64,000 bases of DNA, from assembly GCA_963666515.2 (NCBI GenBank), contig OY762897.2, positions 288,001 to 352,000 of the forward strand. Reading direction: 5' to 3'. How positions within the stretch are numbered: position 1 is the first letter of the stretch; every line of letters begins with the position of its first letter. Both the position numbers and the translations under genes were made by a program. Under the pieces are notes generated by a model. The model had not been told where the DNA came from, did no database searches, and was given only the letters and a program-made list of their open reading frames with translations. Below are positions 27,913 to 36,897 of this stretch, piece after piece. Source of the DNA: Candidatus Binatia bacterium (GTDB lineage: Bacteria; Desulfobacterota; Binatia; UBA9968; JAJDTQ01).

Positions 27913-28372
27913 CATCCTTTTTGTTGACACGAACGTGTTCTTGACCGCGACGGACGCCTCACGGCCACGGCACCGGGATGCGATGAGGCTGTTTGATGAG
28001 GCCTACGCCCAAGGAGTACACCTTGCGGTGAGCGGTCAGATCTTCCGGGAATACCTGGTGGTGGCAACCCGTCCGTCGGAGGCGAACGGCCTCGGTTTGA
28101 ATGTAGGTGATGCGATAGCCAACGTGAACGAGTTCTTGCGCCGGACGCATTCCTACGATGAAACAGAAGAGGTGGCGCGCCGATTGCGCCACCTCGCCGT
28201 GACCTATAGCCTCCACGGCAAGGTGCTCCATGACGCCAATGTCGTCGCCACGATGACAGCCAATGGCATCTCCGTCCTGGTGACGCAGAACCTCGGCGAT
28301 TTTGTCCGGTTCGATGAGATACAGGCCGTCGCTCTGGAAGATGTTTCACTAGGCGGGGGCGTGCATGCCTGA
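27890..28372 (+). CDS. PIN domain toxin (VapC-like)
   Basis: FVDTNVF, REY, HDANVVA, TQN..DF; overlaps the antitoxin. Confidence 0.88.
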   Translation: MTTLAAGDILFVDTNVFLTATDASRPRHRDAMRLFDEAYAQGVHLAVSGQIFREYLVVATRPSEANGLGLNVGDAIANVNEFLRRTHSYDETEEVARRLRHLAVTYSLHGKVLHDANVVATMTANGISVLVTQNLGDFVRFDEIQAVALEDVSLGGGVHA

Positions 28373-29525
28373 GTCGCCACAGTCTCGCTGTTCGGCGCGC
28401 CGCGTCGCCGCCGGCGCTCTTGTCCTGATCCTCGGTTGGTCCGGAATTGCGATTGCGGACACGGTGGAGCGGACCGAGCGCCACACGGTGCGCGTCCGTA
28501 TCCTGACCCGCGGGCTTGAACGCCCGTGGTCGCTGGCATTCCTTCCCGACGGACGGATGCTGGTCACCGAGCGGGCCGGGCGGCTGCGCTATGTCGCGGC
28601 CGACGGAACGCTCGATCCCACACCCATCTCCGGGCTTCCCGAAGCGGTCGCGGAAAGGCGGCAGGGCGGGCTGCACGACGTCGTGCTGCATCCCCGGTTC
28701 CGGGAGAACCGGCTCGTCTATCTTGCCTATGCCGGCAAGGGGGCCGGCGGCTACGGCACCGAGCTGGCCCGCGGCCGGCTCGACGGCCATCGTCTCACCG
28801 GCGTGAAGGTTCTGTTCCGGGCCTTGCCCAAGTCGTTTGGCGGCCGCCACTTCGGCGGCCGGGTGGTGTTCGACGGCAAGGGACACGTGTTCCTGACTCT
28901 GGGAGACCGGGGCAACCGGCCGAGCGCGCAGGACCTCGGCAATCACGCAGGCTCCGTCATCCGCCTCACCGAGGACGGCGGTGTGCCGCGGGACAATCCC
29001 TTCCGGTCGGCGCCGGGTGCGAGGCCGGAGATATACACCCTCGGCAACCGCAACGTGCAGGGCGCGGCCATCCACCCGCGGACCGGCGAGTTGTGGACCC
29101 ACGAGCACGGCCCGAAGGGCGGCGACGAGGTGAACATCATCCGCGCCGGCCTCAACTACGGCTGGCCGGTGATCACCTACGGCAGGAACTACGGCATCGG
29201 CACGCGGATCGGCGAGGGCACCCACAAGGAGGGCATGGCCCAGCCGCTGCACCAGTGGACGCCGTCCATCGCGCCCTCGGGCATGGCCTTCTACGACGGC
29301 GACAAGTTCCCCGGCTGGCGCGGCAACCTGCTGGTGGGCGCGCTCGCCTACCGCCTGTTGTCGCGGCTCGAGCTCGACGGAGAGCGGGTGGTGCGCGAGG
29401 AGCGGATGCTGCAGAGGGTCATCGGCCGCATCCGCGACGTGCGGGTGGGGCCGGACGGCTACGTCTATCTCCTGAGCGATGAGACTAGTGGCGTGATCGC
29501 GCGCCTTGAACCCGCGGGTGGATGA
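28365..29525 (+). CDS. PQQ-dependent sugar dehydrogenase (YliI/GSDH family)
   Basis: GLERPWSLAFLPDG, QGGL, HFGGR, GNRNVQG, EHGPKGGDE, NYGWP and SIAPSG motifs. Confidence 0.93.
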   Translation: MPESPQSRCSARRVAAGALVLILGWSGIAIADTVERTERHTVRVRILTRGLERPWSLAFLPDGRMLVTERAGRLRYVAADGTLDPTPISGLPEAVAERRQGGLHDVVLHPRFRENRLVYLAYAGKGAGGYGTELARGRLDGHRLTGVKVLFRALPKSFGGRHFGGRVVFDGKGHVFLTLGDRGNRPSAQDLGNHAGSVIRLTEDGGVPRDNPFRSAPGARPEIYTLGNRNVQGAAIHPRTGELWTHEHGPKGGDEVNIIRAGLNYGWPVITYGRNYGIGTRIGEGTHKEGMAQPLHQWTPSIAPSGMAFYDGDKFPGWRGNLLVGALAYRLLSRLELDGERVVREERMLQRVIGRIRDVRVGPDGYVYLLSDETSGVIARLEPAGG

Positions 29526-29588
29526 TTCAGCCTTTCCCTTGAAGCGCCTGTCGAAGGATGGGCCGCCGCCATGGAACGTCGCCTGCCG

Positions 29589-30875
29589 CTAGTCCGCGTT
29601 CCCCTCCGCCCTCAGCGAATCCAGCGCCTCCTCCACCAGCTTCCGCCGCAGCGCCTTCTCCTCGTCGGGCGGCAGGCTCGCGTCTCCGGCCACGTGGATG
29701 ATGCCGTGGCCCAGCACGACGCGGTTGGAGCCCACCATCTTGGCGATGGGGAGGGCGGAGGTCATCTGCACGACCGGGACGCCGGCCTTTTCCAGCTCGG
29801 TGGTGATCGCAGCGCCGCTGCGGGTGCTGGTGCCTCACGTGGAGGTGAGGATGACGGCGTCCACTCCTTCGCGCTTTACCTTCTCCGCCATCTCACGTCC
29901 CAGGCGCCGGGTGTTGGAAAGGGGGTTGGAAAGGCCGGAGGTGGAGAGGAACTCCCCGTGGATATTGCCGACCGCGCCCTCCTTCTCCAGTTGCCTCAGG
30001 GCGTCCAGCGGCACCAGCCGGTCGGGGTCGGCCTGGACGAAGCGGGGATCGTAGCCGCCGTGGGAGATCTCGTAGTCCTCGCCCGCCAAGTCGTCGTCGT
30101 CCGAGATGTCGTAGGCGCCCCAGCGGGTGGCGGCCATCCCCTCGATGTTGTCCGGGTTGCCCTTGGGAACCAGCCCGCCGTCGGTGATGAGCATCACCTT
30201 GGCCTTGGACAGGTCATCGACTCCCCTGGGTTTGGCCACTGGCTGGAAGGAGGTGACGGGCATCTCGGTGTCGAACGGCTGTCCCTGGACCTTGGCCAGG
30301 ACCATGTCCACCAGCCGCTCGGCCGAGGACCTGTCCACGAACCGGTCGCGTATGAACCCGCGCGCCAGGTAGCCTTCCTCGCCGGGCAGGCCGACGGCTT
30401 CCCCGGCCACGAGTTTCCGCGCCAACCGCGCCATGCGCTCGACCACTTCCTTCATCTTCGCCGCGTTGCGCCCGGAGTCGATGATGTAGAGGGCCTCCCG
30501 GTAGAGGTCCACCCCGGGGTTCTCCTCGTGCATGGCGGTGACCGCGGGTATGCCGAGCTGGGTCTGCACCGCGTTGCAGAGGGCGCCCGCAGCCATGCCG
30601 TAGCGGCCGGCGTCGAAGCACGGGCCGGCCACGAACAGGTCGGCCTCGGCGTCGCGCACCCGCTCCACGACCGCCGCCACCAACTCGTCCTGGTGCTCCA
30701 CCGCGTGGTTGTCGCCACAGATGAGGGTCTTGACCACGGCCGCTCCATCGCCGACGGTCTGTTCCAGCAAACGGCCCGGCCCGACGGCATTCGCGGCCTC
30801 CTGGAGCGGGCTTCCGGCCTGCTCCTCGCCGCCGATCCCTCCAAAGAACTGGTTCAGGTAGTGAACGATCCTCAT
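29589..30875 (-). CDS. grdB: glycine/sarcosine/betaine reductase component B selenoprotein (Sec at UGA 29837-29835), about 428 aa
   Basis: MRIVHYLNQFFGGIGGEE, GPCFDAGRYG, HGGYD, VDAVILTST-UGA-GTSTRSGA..ELEKAGVPVV; GrdB-like sequence continues in frame to the stop at 29589. Confidence 0.88.
29808..29822 (-). promoter_or_regulatory. putative bacterial SECIS hairpin
   Basis: CGCAGC-GGC-GCTGCG begins 12 nt 3' of the UGA; loop starts with G, 18 nt from the UGA. Confidence 0.6.
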
Positions 30876-30900
30876 GGTCATGCCTCCCGACAGAACAATC

Positions 30901-32181
30901 TCAGTAGACCACCGCCCGCAGCCGCGACGCGCCCTGCTGGTTGGTCACGCCCGCCACGTTCATGGCGCCCAGCTCCCGCGCACCGGCCAGAAGCTCGCCG
31001 ATGGCCGGGGTGGCGGCGATCACGCGCCCGGCCGGCGGCACCTCCCATCGGGTGTCGTTGCCGCCGCCGTAGACGATGGCGTTCACCTCCGGGAAGTTGA
31101 ACAGCAGGGCCGACTCGACGCGGCGGTCCCGCGACACGTCCGAGACCATGACCGCGGTGCGGACCCCCTCGGACTCCAGCAGCCGCGCGGTCTCCGCCAG
31201 GTCGGCGTGGGGCACGCCGCCGCCGTACTTGGTGAGCACCGCGGCGTCGGCGTTGAGGGCCCACTTGACCAGCGCCGCGGCCGTGCGGCAGTTGCGGTCC
31301 CGGTCGGTGTTGTCCGATCCGGCGATGCTTGCCACCGTGCCGACGAAGTTCAACTCCCCGGCGTGGTGTCTCCGGTAAAGCTCGGTAATGATGGGATGGT
31401 TCTGGTAGAGGTAGGTCTCTGCGCCCCCCATGGAGGTGTAGTAGGATGTCACCACCGCGCCGTCCAGCCACTCGTCCGGATGCAGCAGCACCGGCAGCAT
31501 CCCGGTGGTGTTGTGTCCGTAGAGCACCGGCTCGTCCAGCTCCGCCTGCCGCTGGCGGGAGAATATCTGCCCCACGTAGGCCACCCGGGGCAGGCCCTGA
31601 CGGCCCGGCGGCCCCGGATTCACCGGCTCGAAGGCGCGGCTTTCCGCGGGTGCGTTCGACGCCGCGGCCTGGGCCAGATGGACCGCGGTCTTGAGTCCCG
31701 CCACCCGCTTCACCCGCTGGGCCGCGGGTCCCTCCCTGCCCGGGGCCATGCGGGGGACGACTACCAGGTGGTGCAGCTTCGAGTAGCAGGAACCCTCCGC
31801 CGCCGGTCCGCTCATCTCCAGGACGCGGCCGATGGAGCCGCGCGACCCGCCGGCCGCGTGCTCGTCGAGGACCGTGACGGCCATGCCCGACAACACGTGG
31901 GTCGTGCCCATGCCCGCGGTCAACGGAGGCCCGAGAATGCCCGGAAAATCGGGGCTGGAGCCGGCCGCCTTGGCCCTGGGCTCGATGATGTCGAACACCG
32001 GCCCGGCCCGGCAGTCTTCGCCGGGAGCCACACACTCGAAGACGACGCCGTCAAGCGCCTCGTCCTGGAGCAGCAGCCCGCGAAGCGCGTCCGCGTCGAT
32101 GTCGAGGGTGGCGCCGTCGAGCCGGGTGGAAGCGCCGAAGCGAAGGGCTTCCACCCGGTGGTACGCCAGCGTCAGGTTCAC
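30901..32181 (-). CDS. reductase component B proprotein subunit (GrdE/GrdG/GrdI family)
   Basis: DIIEPRAK...FPG...G.G.THVL.G, LPVLLHPDEWLDGAVV, YQNHPII; directly upstream of grdB. Confidence 0.85.
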   Translation of the reverse strand: MNLTLAYHRVEALRFGASTRLDGATLDIDADALRGLLLQDEALDGVVFECVAPGEDCRAGPVFDIIEPRAKAAGSSPDFPGILGPPLTAGMGTTHVLSGMAVTVLDEHAAGGSRGSIGRVLEMSGPAAEGSCYSKLHHLVVVPRMAPGREGPAAQRVKRVAGLKTAVHLAQAAASNAPAESRAFEPVNPGPPGRQGLPRVAYVGQIFSRQRQAELDEPVLYGHNTTGMLPVLLHPDEWLDGAVVTSYYTSMGGAETYLYQNHPIITELYRRHHAGELNFVGTVASIAGSDNTDRDRNCRTAAALVKWALNADAAVLTKYGGGVPHADLAETARLLESEGVRTAVMVSDVSRDRRVESALLFNFPEVNAIVYGGGNDTRWEVPPAGRVIAATPAIGELLAGARELGAMNVAGVTNQQGASRLRAVVY

Positions 32182-32261
32182 GAGTTCACCTCAATCTCGC
32201 CGAGTCGGGCACATGATTCCACATTCCCGTGCCGATGGCAAAGCCGCCCCGCCCTTCACCC

Positions 32262-32377
32262 CTGGATTCCGGGTCAAGCCCGGAATGACGGAGGGGGCAC
32301 ACCGTCTTTCCGTCACCCCGGACTTGATCCGGGGTCCAGAGGGGCCGCCCGTATTATGGGTCAAGCCCGGAATGACG
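32262..32377. repeat. cluster of three GTCAYYCCG-type REP palindromes
   Basis: ctggattccgggtcaagcccggaatgacg; cgtcaccccggacttgatccggggtccag; gggtcaagcccggaatgacg. Confidence 0.85.
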
Positions 32378-32403
32378 TGTTGACGTGTGTGTGGGAGTTC
32401 CGG

Positions 32404-33912
32404 TCAAGTCCGCGATGACCGAGAGCCGGCGCGCCCGGCGTACGCGGCCAGCGCCGTGCCGAACTCCGCGGCGTGGACTCCGTGGTCGGTGAAGTCTCCG
32501 TGGTAGCACTTGAGCGCCCACAGGGCGGCGTCGAGGTGGTCCGGTTTCTCCGTCAGGTCGTGGAGCATGAGGAAGAAGCGCGCCGCGGCGCCGTTCTGGT
32601 TGACCAGGGTCAACGGATAGCGGAGGAACGCGAGTCCTTTCTCGGCGATGTCGAAAAAACCTCCCGCCGGATTCTTGAGCTTCGCCCGGATGAATCCCGC
32701 GAGCGCTTGGGCGCGTTCGAGAAAGACCGTTTCGCCGGTGGCTTCGAACCCGTCCGCCAAGGCGCGTCCCATGAGGACCTGGTCCGTTAGGAGCCCGCGC
32801 AACCGGGGTGCGTCGTCGAAGTAGTGGGCCATGCCGCGGGAGCCGTTCCAGCAACGTTCCAGCAGAAACCGCAGCGTCTCCAGGGCGCGTTCGCCGCAGT
32901 CGCTGCGCCCCAGGGTCCGGGCGGCCCGCAGGCAGGCGGAGACGGCGTGGGCGTTGGCGTCGGTGTACATCCAGGGATCGGTGATGGAGAACATGCCCCG
33001 GTTCCGGTGAAGCACGGAACCCGCCGGCAGGTCCCGGCCGGGCGTGATGCGGATGTAGTCCCGACAGCCGTGGAAGTAGGGCTCAGCGGAGTCGCGGAAA
33101 CCCTGGTCCAGGTAGGCCAGGATCTCCTCCGCCAGCTCCCGGAAAAAGGACTCTCCGGTCAGCTCGAAAACGTGCAGGGCGTTGTCCAGCAGGCTGGCGT
33201 GGTCGGACAGGAGCTTCTCGTGGTGGGGCTCGCTCCAGTCCGGTTTCGATGAGTAGCGGAAGAACCCTCCCTCCGGGTCATGGGTCTTGCTCTGGTGCAT
33301 GTTGTACAGCGTGAGCCGGACGTGGTTGAGGTAGCGCGCGTCGCCGGTGGCCGCGTGGCGTTGCAGCAGGAGTTCGTTGGCCTCGCAGTGGGGGAATTTG
33401 CGCTCCGTTTCGTAGCCGCCGTGCACGGGATCGGCGAGGGCCCAGACGATATCGGCGATCTCGCCTGCCGCGTCCGGCCGCACGGCGGGGTCGCCGGCCG
33501 GAGGGGCAGGCGTCTGCGGCGGAGCCGGCGCGCGCTCCTGGTAGCCGACGTGGACCCGCACCAGGATGTCGCTGAAGTCCTTGGGCGAAAGATAGTTCAC
33601 GCTCGCCAGGTAGTCGCCTTCGGCGCTCAGGAACACGATGGTGGGCCAGCCGTTGCGGTTGTAGCGCACGTCGATGTCCGGCCGCTGGGCGTCCTCCACC
33701 CGCACCGGGACGAAGTAGGCGTTCAGCAGCGCGATGATCTCGGTGTCGGAGAAGGTGGTCTCGTCCATGCGCTGGCAGATGCCGCACCAGAAGGCGCCGA
33801 GGAAGAGCATCACCGGCTTGCGTTCCTGGCGCGCGCGCTCGAACGCCTCGGCGCCCCAGTCGAGCCAGGGGACGCGATGGGCGCTGTTGGAGTTGGGGGA
33901 GAAGCGGAACAT
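32404..33912 (-). CDS. YyaL/DUF255-like protein (thioredoxin domain + alpha/alpha barrel)
   Basis: WLDWGAEAFERA..E.KP, WCGICQRMDETTF, RPDID.RY..GWP, GGFFRYS...W..PH.EKLL.D. Confidence 0.85.
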   Translation of the reverse strand: MFRFSPNSNSAHRVPWLDWGAEAFERARQERKPVMLFLGAFWCGICQRMDETTFSDTEIIALLNAYFVPVRVEDAQRPDIDVRYNRNGWPTIVFLSAEGDYLASVNYLSPKDFSDILVRVHVGYQERAPAPPQTPAPPAGDPAVRPDAAGEIADIVWALADPVHGGYETERKFPHCEANELLLQRHAATGDARYLNHVRLTLYNMHQSKTHDPEGGFFRYSSKPDWSEPHHEKLLSDHASLLDNALHVFELTGESFFRELAEEILAYLDQGFRDSAEPYFHGCRDYIRITPGRDLPAGSVLHRNRGMFSITDPWMYTDANAHAVSACLRAARTLGRSDCGERALETLRFLLERCWNGSRGMAHYFDDAPRLRGLLTDQVLMGRALADGFEATGETVFLERAQALAGFIRAKLKNPAGGFFDIAEKGLAFLRYPLTLVNQNGAAARFFLMLHDLTEKPDHLDAALWALKCYHGDFTDHGVHAAEFGTALAAYAGRAGSRSSRT

Positions 33913-34075
33913 GGCGGCGTGTCCGGGACTGACGTTCGTGGACAAATATGCGCAGGATTTCCCGGCGTCGGCAAGACGCACATCGCAAGACGCACATCCT
34001 GTGGCGGCTGGTCAGTGTCTGTAGTACAGAGAGGGCCTGTATTACTTGGGAGTCTATCGGTTAGACGGCCTTTTT

Positions 34076-34127
34076 CCGTTCGTCCTGAGCCCTTCGACAG
34101 GCTCAGGACAGGCGAAGTCGAAGGACG
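34076..34127 (+). repeat. REP-like element, CCGTTCGTCCTGAGC family
   Basis: ccgttcgtcctgagc-ccttcgacaggctcaggacag-gcgaagtcgaaggacg. Confidence 0.75.
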
Positions 34128-34162
34128 GTCCGATCACCAGGAGACTAGCGAAAAGGAGTCCC

Positions 34163-35536
34163 ATGACTGGTTCACAGATCGAACTGCCCGCCACCGTGTC
34201 TCGCGAGCAGACCATCCGCGACTCCGAGGCAGTGCTGGCCATGCCCGACATCCCGTTGAGCGTCGAGGAGGACATCATCCGGATCGACGCCTTGGGCATG
34301 GAGTGGGACCTTGGCATGGCGGTCTACCAGCCGCGCGACGAAGCCCGGATCCCGTCCGGCGCCGACGGCAGGAAGGTGGGGATCTTCCTGCTCCACGGCG
34401 GCTCCGGCGACTACAAGACCATGGAGCGGGTGGCGCTGCTGGCCGCCGGCAAGTTCGGCTTCAAGGTGCTGAGCGGCACGTTTCCCGGCCGGTTCTACTT
34501 CCCGGACGCGAGCCGGGACTGGCCCGATGACACGATCCACGCGGACGGCAGCGTGCGGACGCCCATCTGGAAGCGGGGCGAGCCCATCGGGCGCGACGAG
34601 TACGAGGTCGCCCGGGACGTCACCATGCGGCCGCGCTACGGCACCCGCACCGTCGCCAGGGCCAAACCCGGCACCAACTTCTACTACCGCATGGCGGCAT
34701 GGCCCGTGGCCTTCGAGGAAGGCATGAAGGAGGCCATGCACCGGCACCTGCCCGACGGGACGTTCTCCATCTATGGTGAGGGCCACTCCACGGGCGGACC
34801 CTTCGTCTCCATGCTGTCCCAGCGCGTTCCCAACTTCGCCGGCGTGGTGGCTACCGAACACACGCCCTTCGGCCATGTGGGAGCCATGCGCGACAACTGG
34901 AGCGGCTCGCTGGGGAAAGTTTCGGGCTTCGAGCGCGTGAGCACCGACGACGCCGTGCGGAGCGACCCGTTCAACGAGCTGTACATCCGCACCTGGCGAG
35001 ACCTCGCGCGCTACGCCGGCCCCGAGGCCCTGGGGCAGCAGGGGCCGGTGGCCTTGATGCAACTGCCCATGCTCATGGAGGATATCCTCGACACTTGGGA
35101 CCGGGCCAGGGCGCGGCCCCAGTTCAAGGCCGAGTACGTCATCACCCACGACATCGCCGGGTCATTGACCGAGGCCGCCAGGGTCAGCGCCAAGCGCCTG
35201 GGCATGAACGCCGGCGAGACCGAGGCGCTGGCGGCCCGCTACCGCGGCTATCCGCGGGAGCTGTCGGGGCCGGACGCGCCGCCGCTGCCGCCGTTCCTGT
35301 TCGCCATCACCAAGGACAGCCGGGACCACAGCCCGGAGGTCTACAAGGAGGTGATCCTGCCCGCCTTCGCGGCCATGCGGCCCGCGCCCAAGACCCACTT
35401 GGCGCACTTCGGCGCCGGCGTGCACAGCTTCTGGAAGGCCGAGGACGGGCTGCCGCAGGGGATCGCGCCGGCCGCCATCAAGCTGTGGCACGACGCCATC
35501 ACGGGAGGTTATTTCGCGGCCGACAAGACGGCGTAA
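34163..35536 (+). CDS. hypothetical protein, possible alpha/beta-hydrolase fold
   Basis: AAGGAG RBS; FLLHGGSG and GHSTGG (GxSxG) motifs. Confidence 0.65.
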   Translation: MTGSQIELPATVSREQTIRDSEAVLAMPDIPLSVEEDIIRIDALGMEWDLGMAVYQPRDEARIPSGADGRKVGIFLLHGGSGDYKTMERVALLAAGKFGFKVLSGTFPGRFYFPDASRDWPDDTIHADGSVRTPIWKRGEPIGRDEYEVARDVTMRPRYGTRTVARAKPGTNFYYRMAAWPVAFEEGMKEAMHRHLPDGTFSIYGEGHSTGGPFVSMLSQRVPNFAGVVATEHTPFGHVGAMRDNWSGSLGKVSGFERVSTDDAVRSDPFNELYIRTWRDLARYAGPEALGQQGPVALMQLPMLMEDILDTWDRARARPQFKAEYVITHDIAGSLTEAARVSAKRLGMNAGETEALAARYRGYPRELSGPDAPPLPPFLFAITKDSRDHSPEVYKEVILPAFAAMRPAPKTHLAHFGAGVHSFWKAEDGLPQGIAPAAIKLWHDAITGGYFAADKTA

Positions 35537-35590
35537 CCCTCTGACCCCGCACTCTCCTCGATAGAAGGGGCTACCAACCGAGGTACGACG

Positions 35591-36733
35591 ATGAAATTTT
35601 CCTTCTTCATGATGCCGATCCACGACCCGTCCGAGAACCCGGCGCTGGCCTTCGACCGGGACATCTCGCTCATCCACTACGCGGAGGAGCTGGACTTCGA
35701 CGAGTTCTTCATCGGCGAGCACCATTCCGGCGGCTGGGAGAACATGCCGGCGCCGGAGCTGGCGCTGGCCAAGGCCGCGGCCCACGCCAAGCGCATACGC
35801 CTGGGCACCTCGGTCATCAACACGCCGTTCCACCACCCGTTCCACGTGGCCGAGCGCATGGCCTTCCTTGACCACCTGACCCGCGGCCGCGCCATCCTGG
35901 GCGTGGGACCGAGCGCGCTGGTCACGGACAAGAAGCTCTTCGGCCTACCCAACGAGAAGCTCCATCCCATGCTGGCCGAGTCGGTGGACGTCATCGTGCG
36001 GCTGCTGGAGTCGCCCGAGCCCATCGACCACCACGGCGAGTTCTGGAGCTTCGAGGGCATGCGGCTGCAGCTCCGCTCTTACCAGCAGCCGCGCATGCCG
36101 CTGGCCGTGGCTTCCGGGGGAACCTCCGGGAGCCTCGACATGGCGGGCAAGCACGGCATGATGCTGCTGTCCCCCGCGGGCAAGAACCGCTGGCGCAATC
36201 CCGCCCACTCCGAGCAGTGGAAGACCGTGGAGGCCGCGGCCGCCAAGTACGGCAAGACCGCAAACCGGGACAACTGGCGCATCGCCACCAGCGTCTATCT
36301 CGCGGAAACCAGGGAGCAGGCGTGGGCCGACGTGGAGGCGGGCATCGCCCGGGACATGCAGTACTTCTTTGCCATCGGCCTCAAGAGGCCCTACGAGGCC
36401 TACCCCGACCAGCCGCAGTCGGAGATCACGCCCCGCTCGGGCGCCGACCGCCGCGACTGGATCATCGGCACCCCGGATGACGCCATCCGCCACATCGAGC
36501 GCATGCAGGAGGAGACCGGCGGCTTCGGCGGCCTGCTGCTCACCACCCACGAGTGGACCGGCAGCGAGAACCTGCGCCGCTCGTTGGAGTTGTTCGCCCG
36601 CTACGTAATGCCGCATTTCCGCGGCCACACGCTCGGTTTCAGGGACGAGTGGGACCGCCTGCGCAAACAGGCGGACGAGGGTGGCGTGCAACTCCGCGAG
36701 AACGGGCGTCCCAGCAACCTCACCAACGCCTGA
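35591..36733 (+). CDS. LLM-class flavin-dependent monooxygenase
   Basis: IGEHH, RIRLGT, AERMAFLDHLTRGR, IIGTPDD, LELFARYVMP. Confidence 0.92.
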   Translation: MKFSFFMMPIHDPSENPALAFDRDISLIHYAEELDFDEFFIGEHHSGGWENMPAPELALAKAAAHAKRIRLGTSVINTPFHHPFHVAERMAFLDHLTRGRAILGVGPSALVTDKKLFGLPNEKLHPMLAESVDVIVRLLESPEPIDHHGEFWSFEGMRLQLRSYQQPRMPLAVASGGTSGSLDMAGKHGMMLLSPAGKNRWRNPAHSEQWKTVEAAAAKYGKTANRDNWRIATSVYLAETREQAWADVEAGIARDMQYFFAIGLKRPYEAYPDQPQSEITPRSGADRRDWIIGTPDDAIRHIERMQEETGGFGGLLLTTHEWTGSENLRRSLELFARYVMPHFRGHTLGFRDEWDRLRKQADEGGVQLRENGRPSNLTNA

Positions 36734-36771
36734 CCGGAGAGTTCCGAAAACGTCCAGTAGCCCGCCGACGT

Positions 36772-36879
36772 CCGCCCCCCGTCATTCCGGCGAAAGCCGG
36801 AATCCAGAAGGGGTGCCAGACTCGGACGTTTCGCCCCTCCTCCCCTGGATTCCGGCTTCCGCCGGAATGACGGGGGCGG
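36772..36879. repeat. REP doublet (REPIN-like) between convergent genes
   Basis: GTCATTCCGGCGAAAGCCGGAATCCAG (36781-36807) and an inverted copy (36845-36871). Confidence 0.9.
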
Positions 36880-36897
36880 CGGATGGCGCGGGGTGAA

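Noticed and set aside
29835-29837. TGA as a true stop or nonsense mutation splitting grdB
   Set aside because: It falls at the known Sec position (TSTU), family-like sequence continues in frame, and a SECIS-like hairpin follows.
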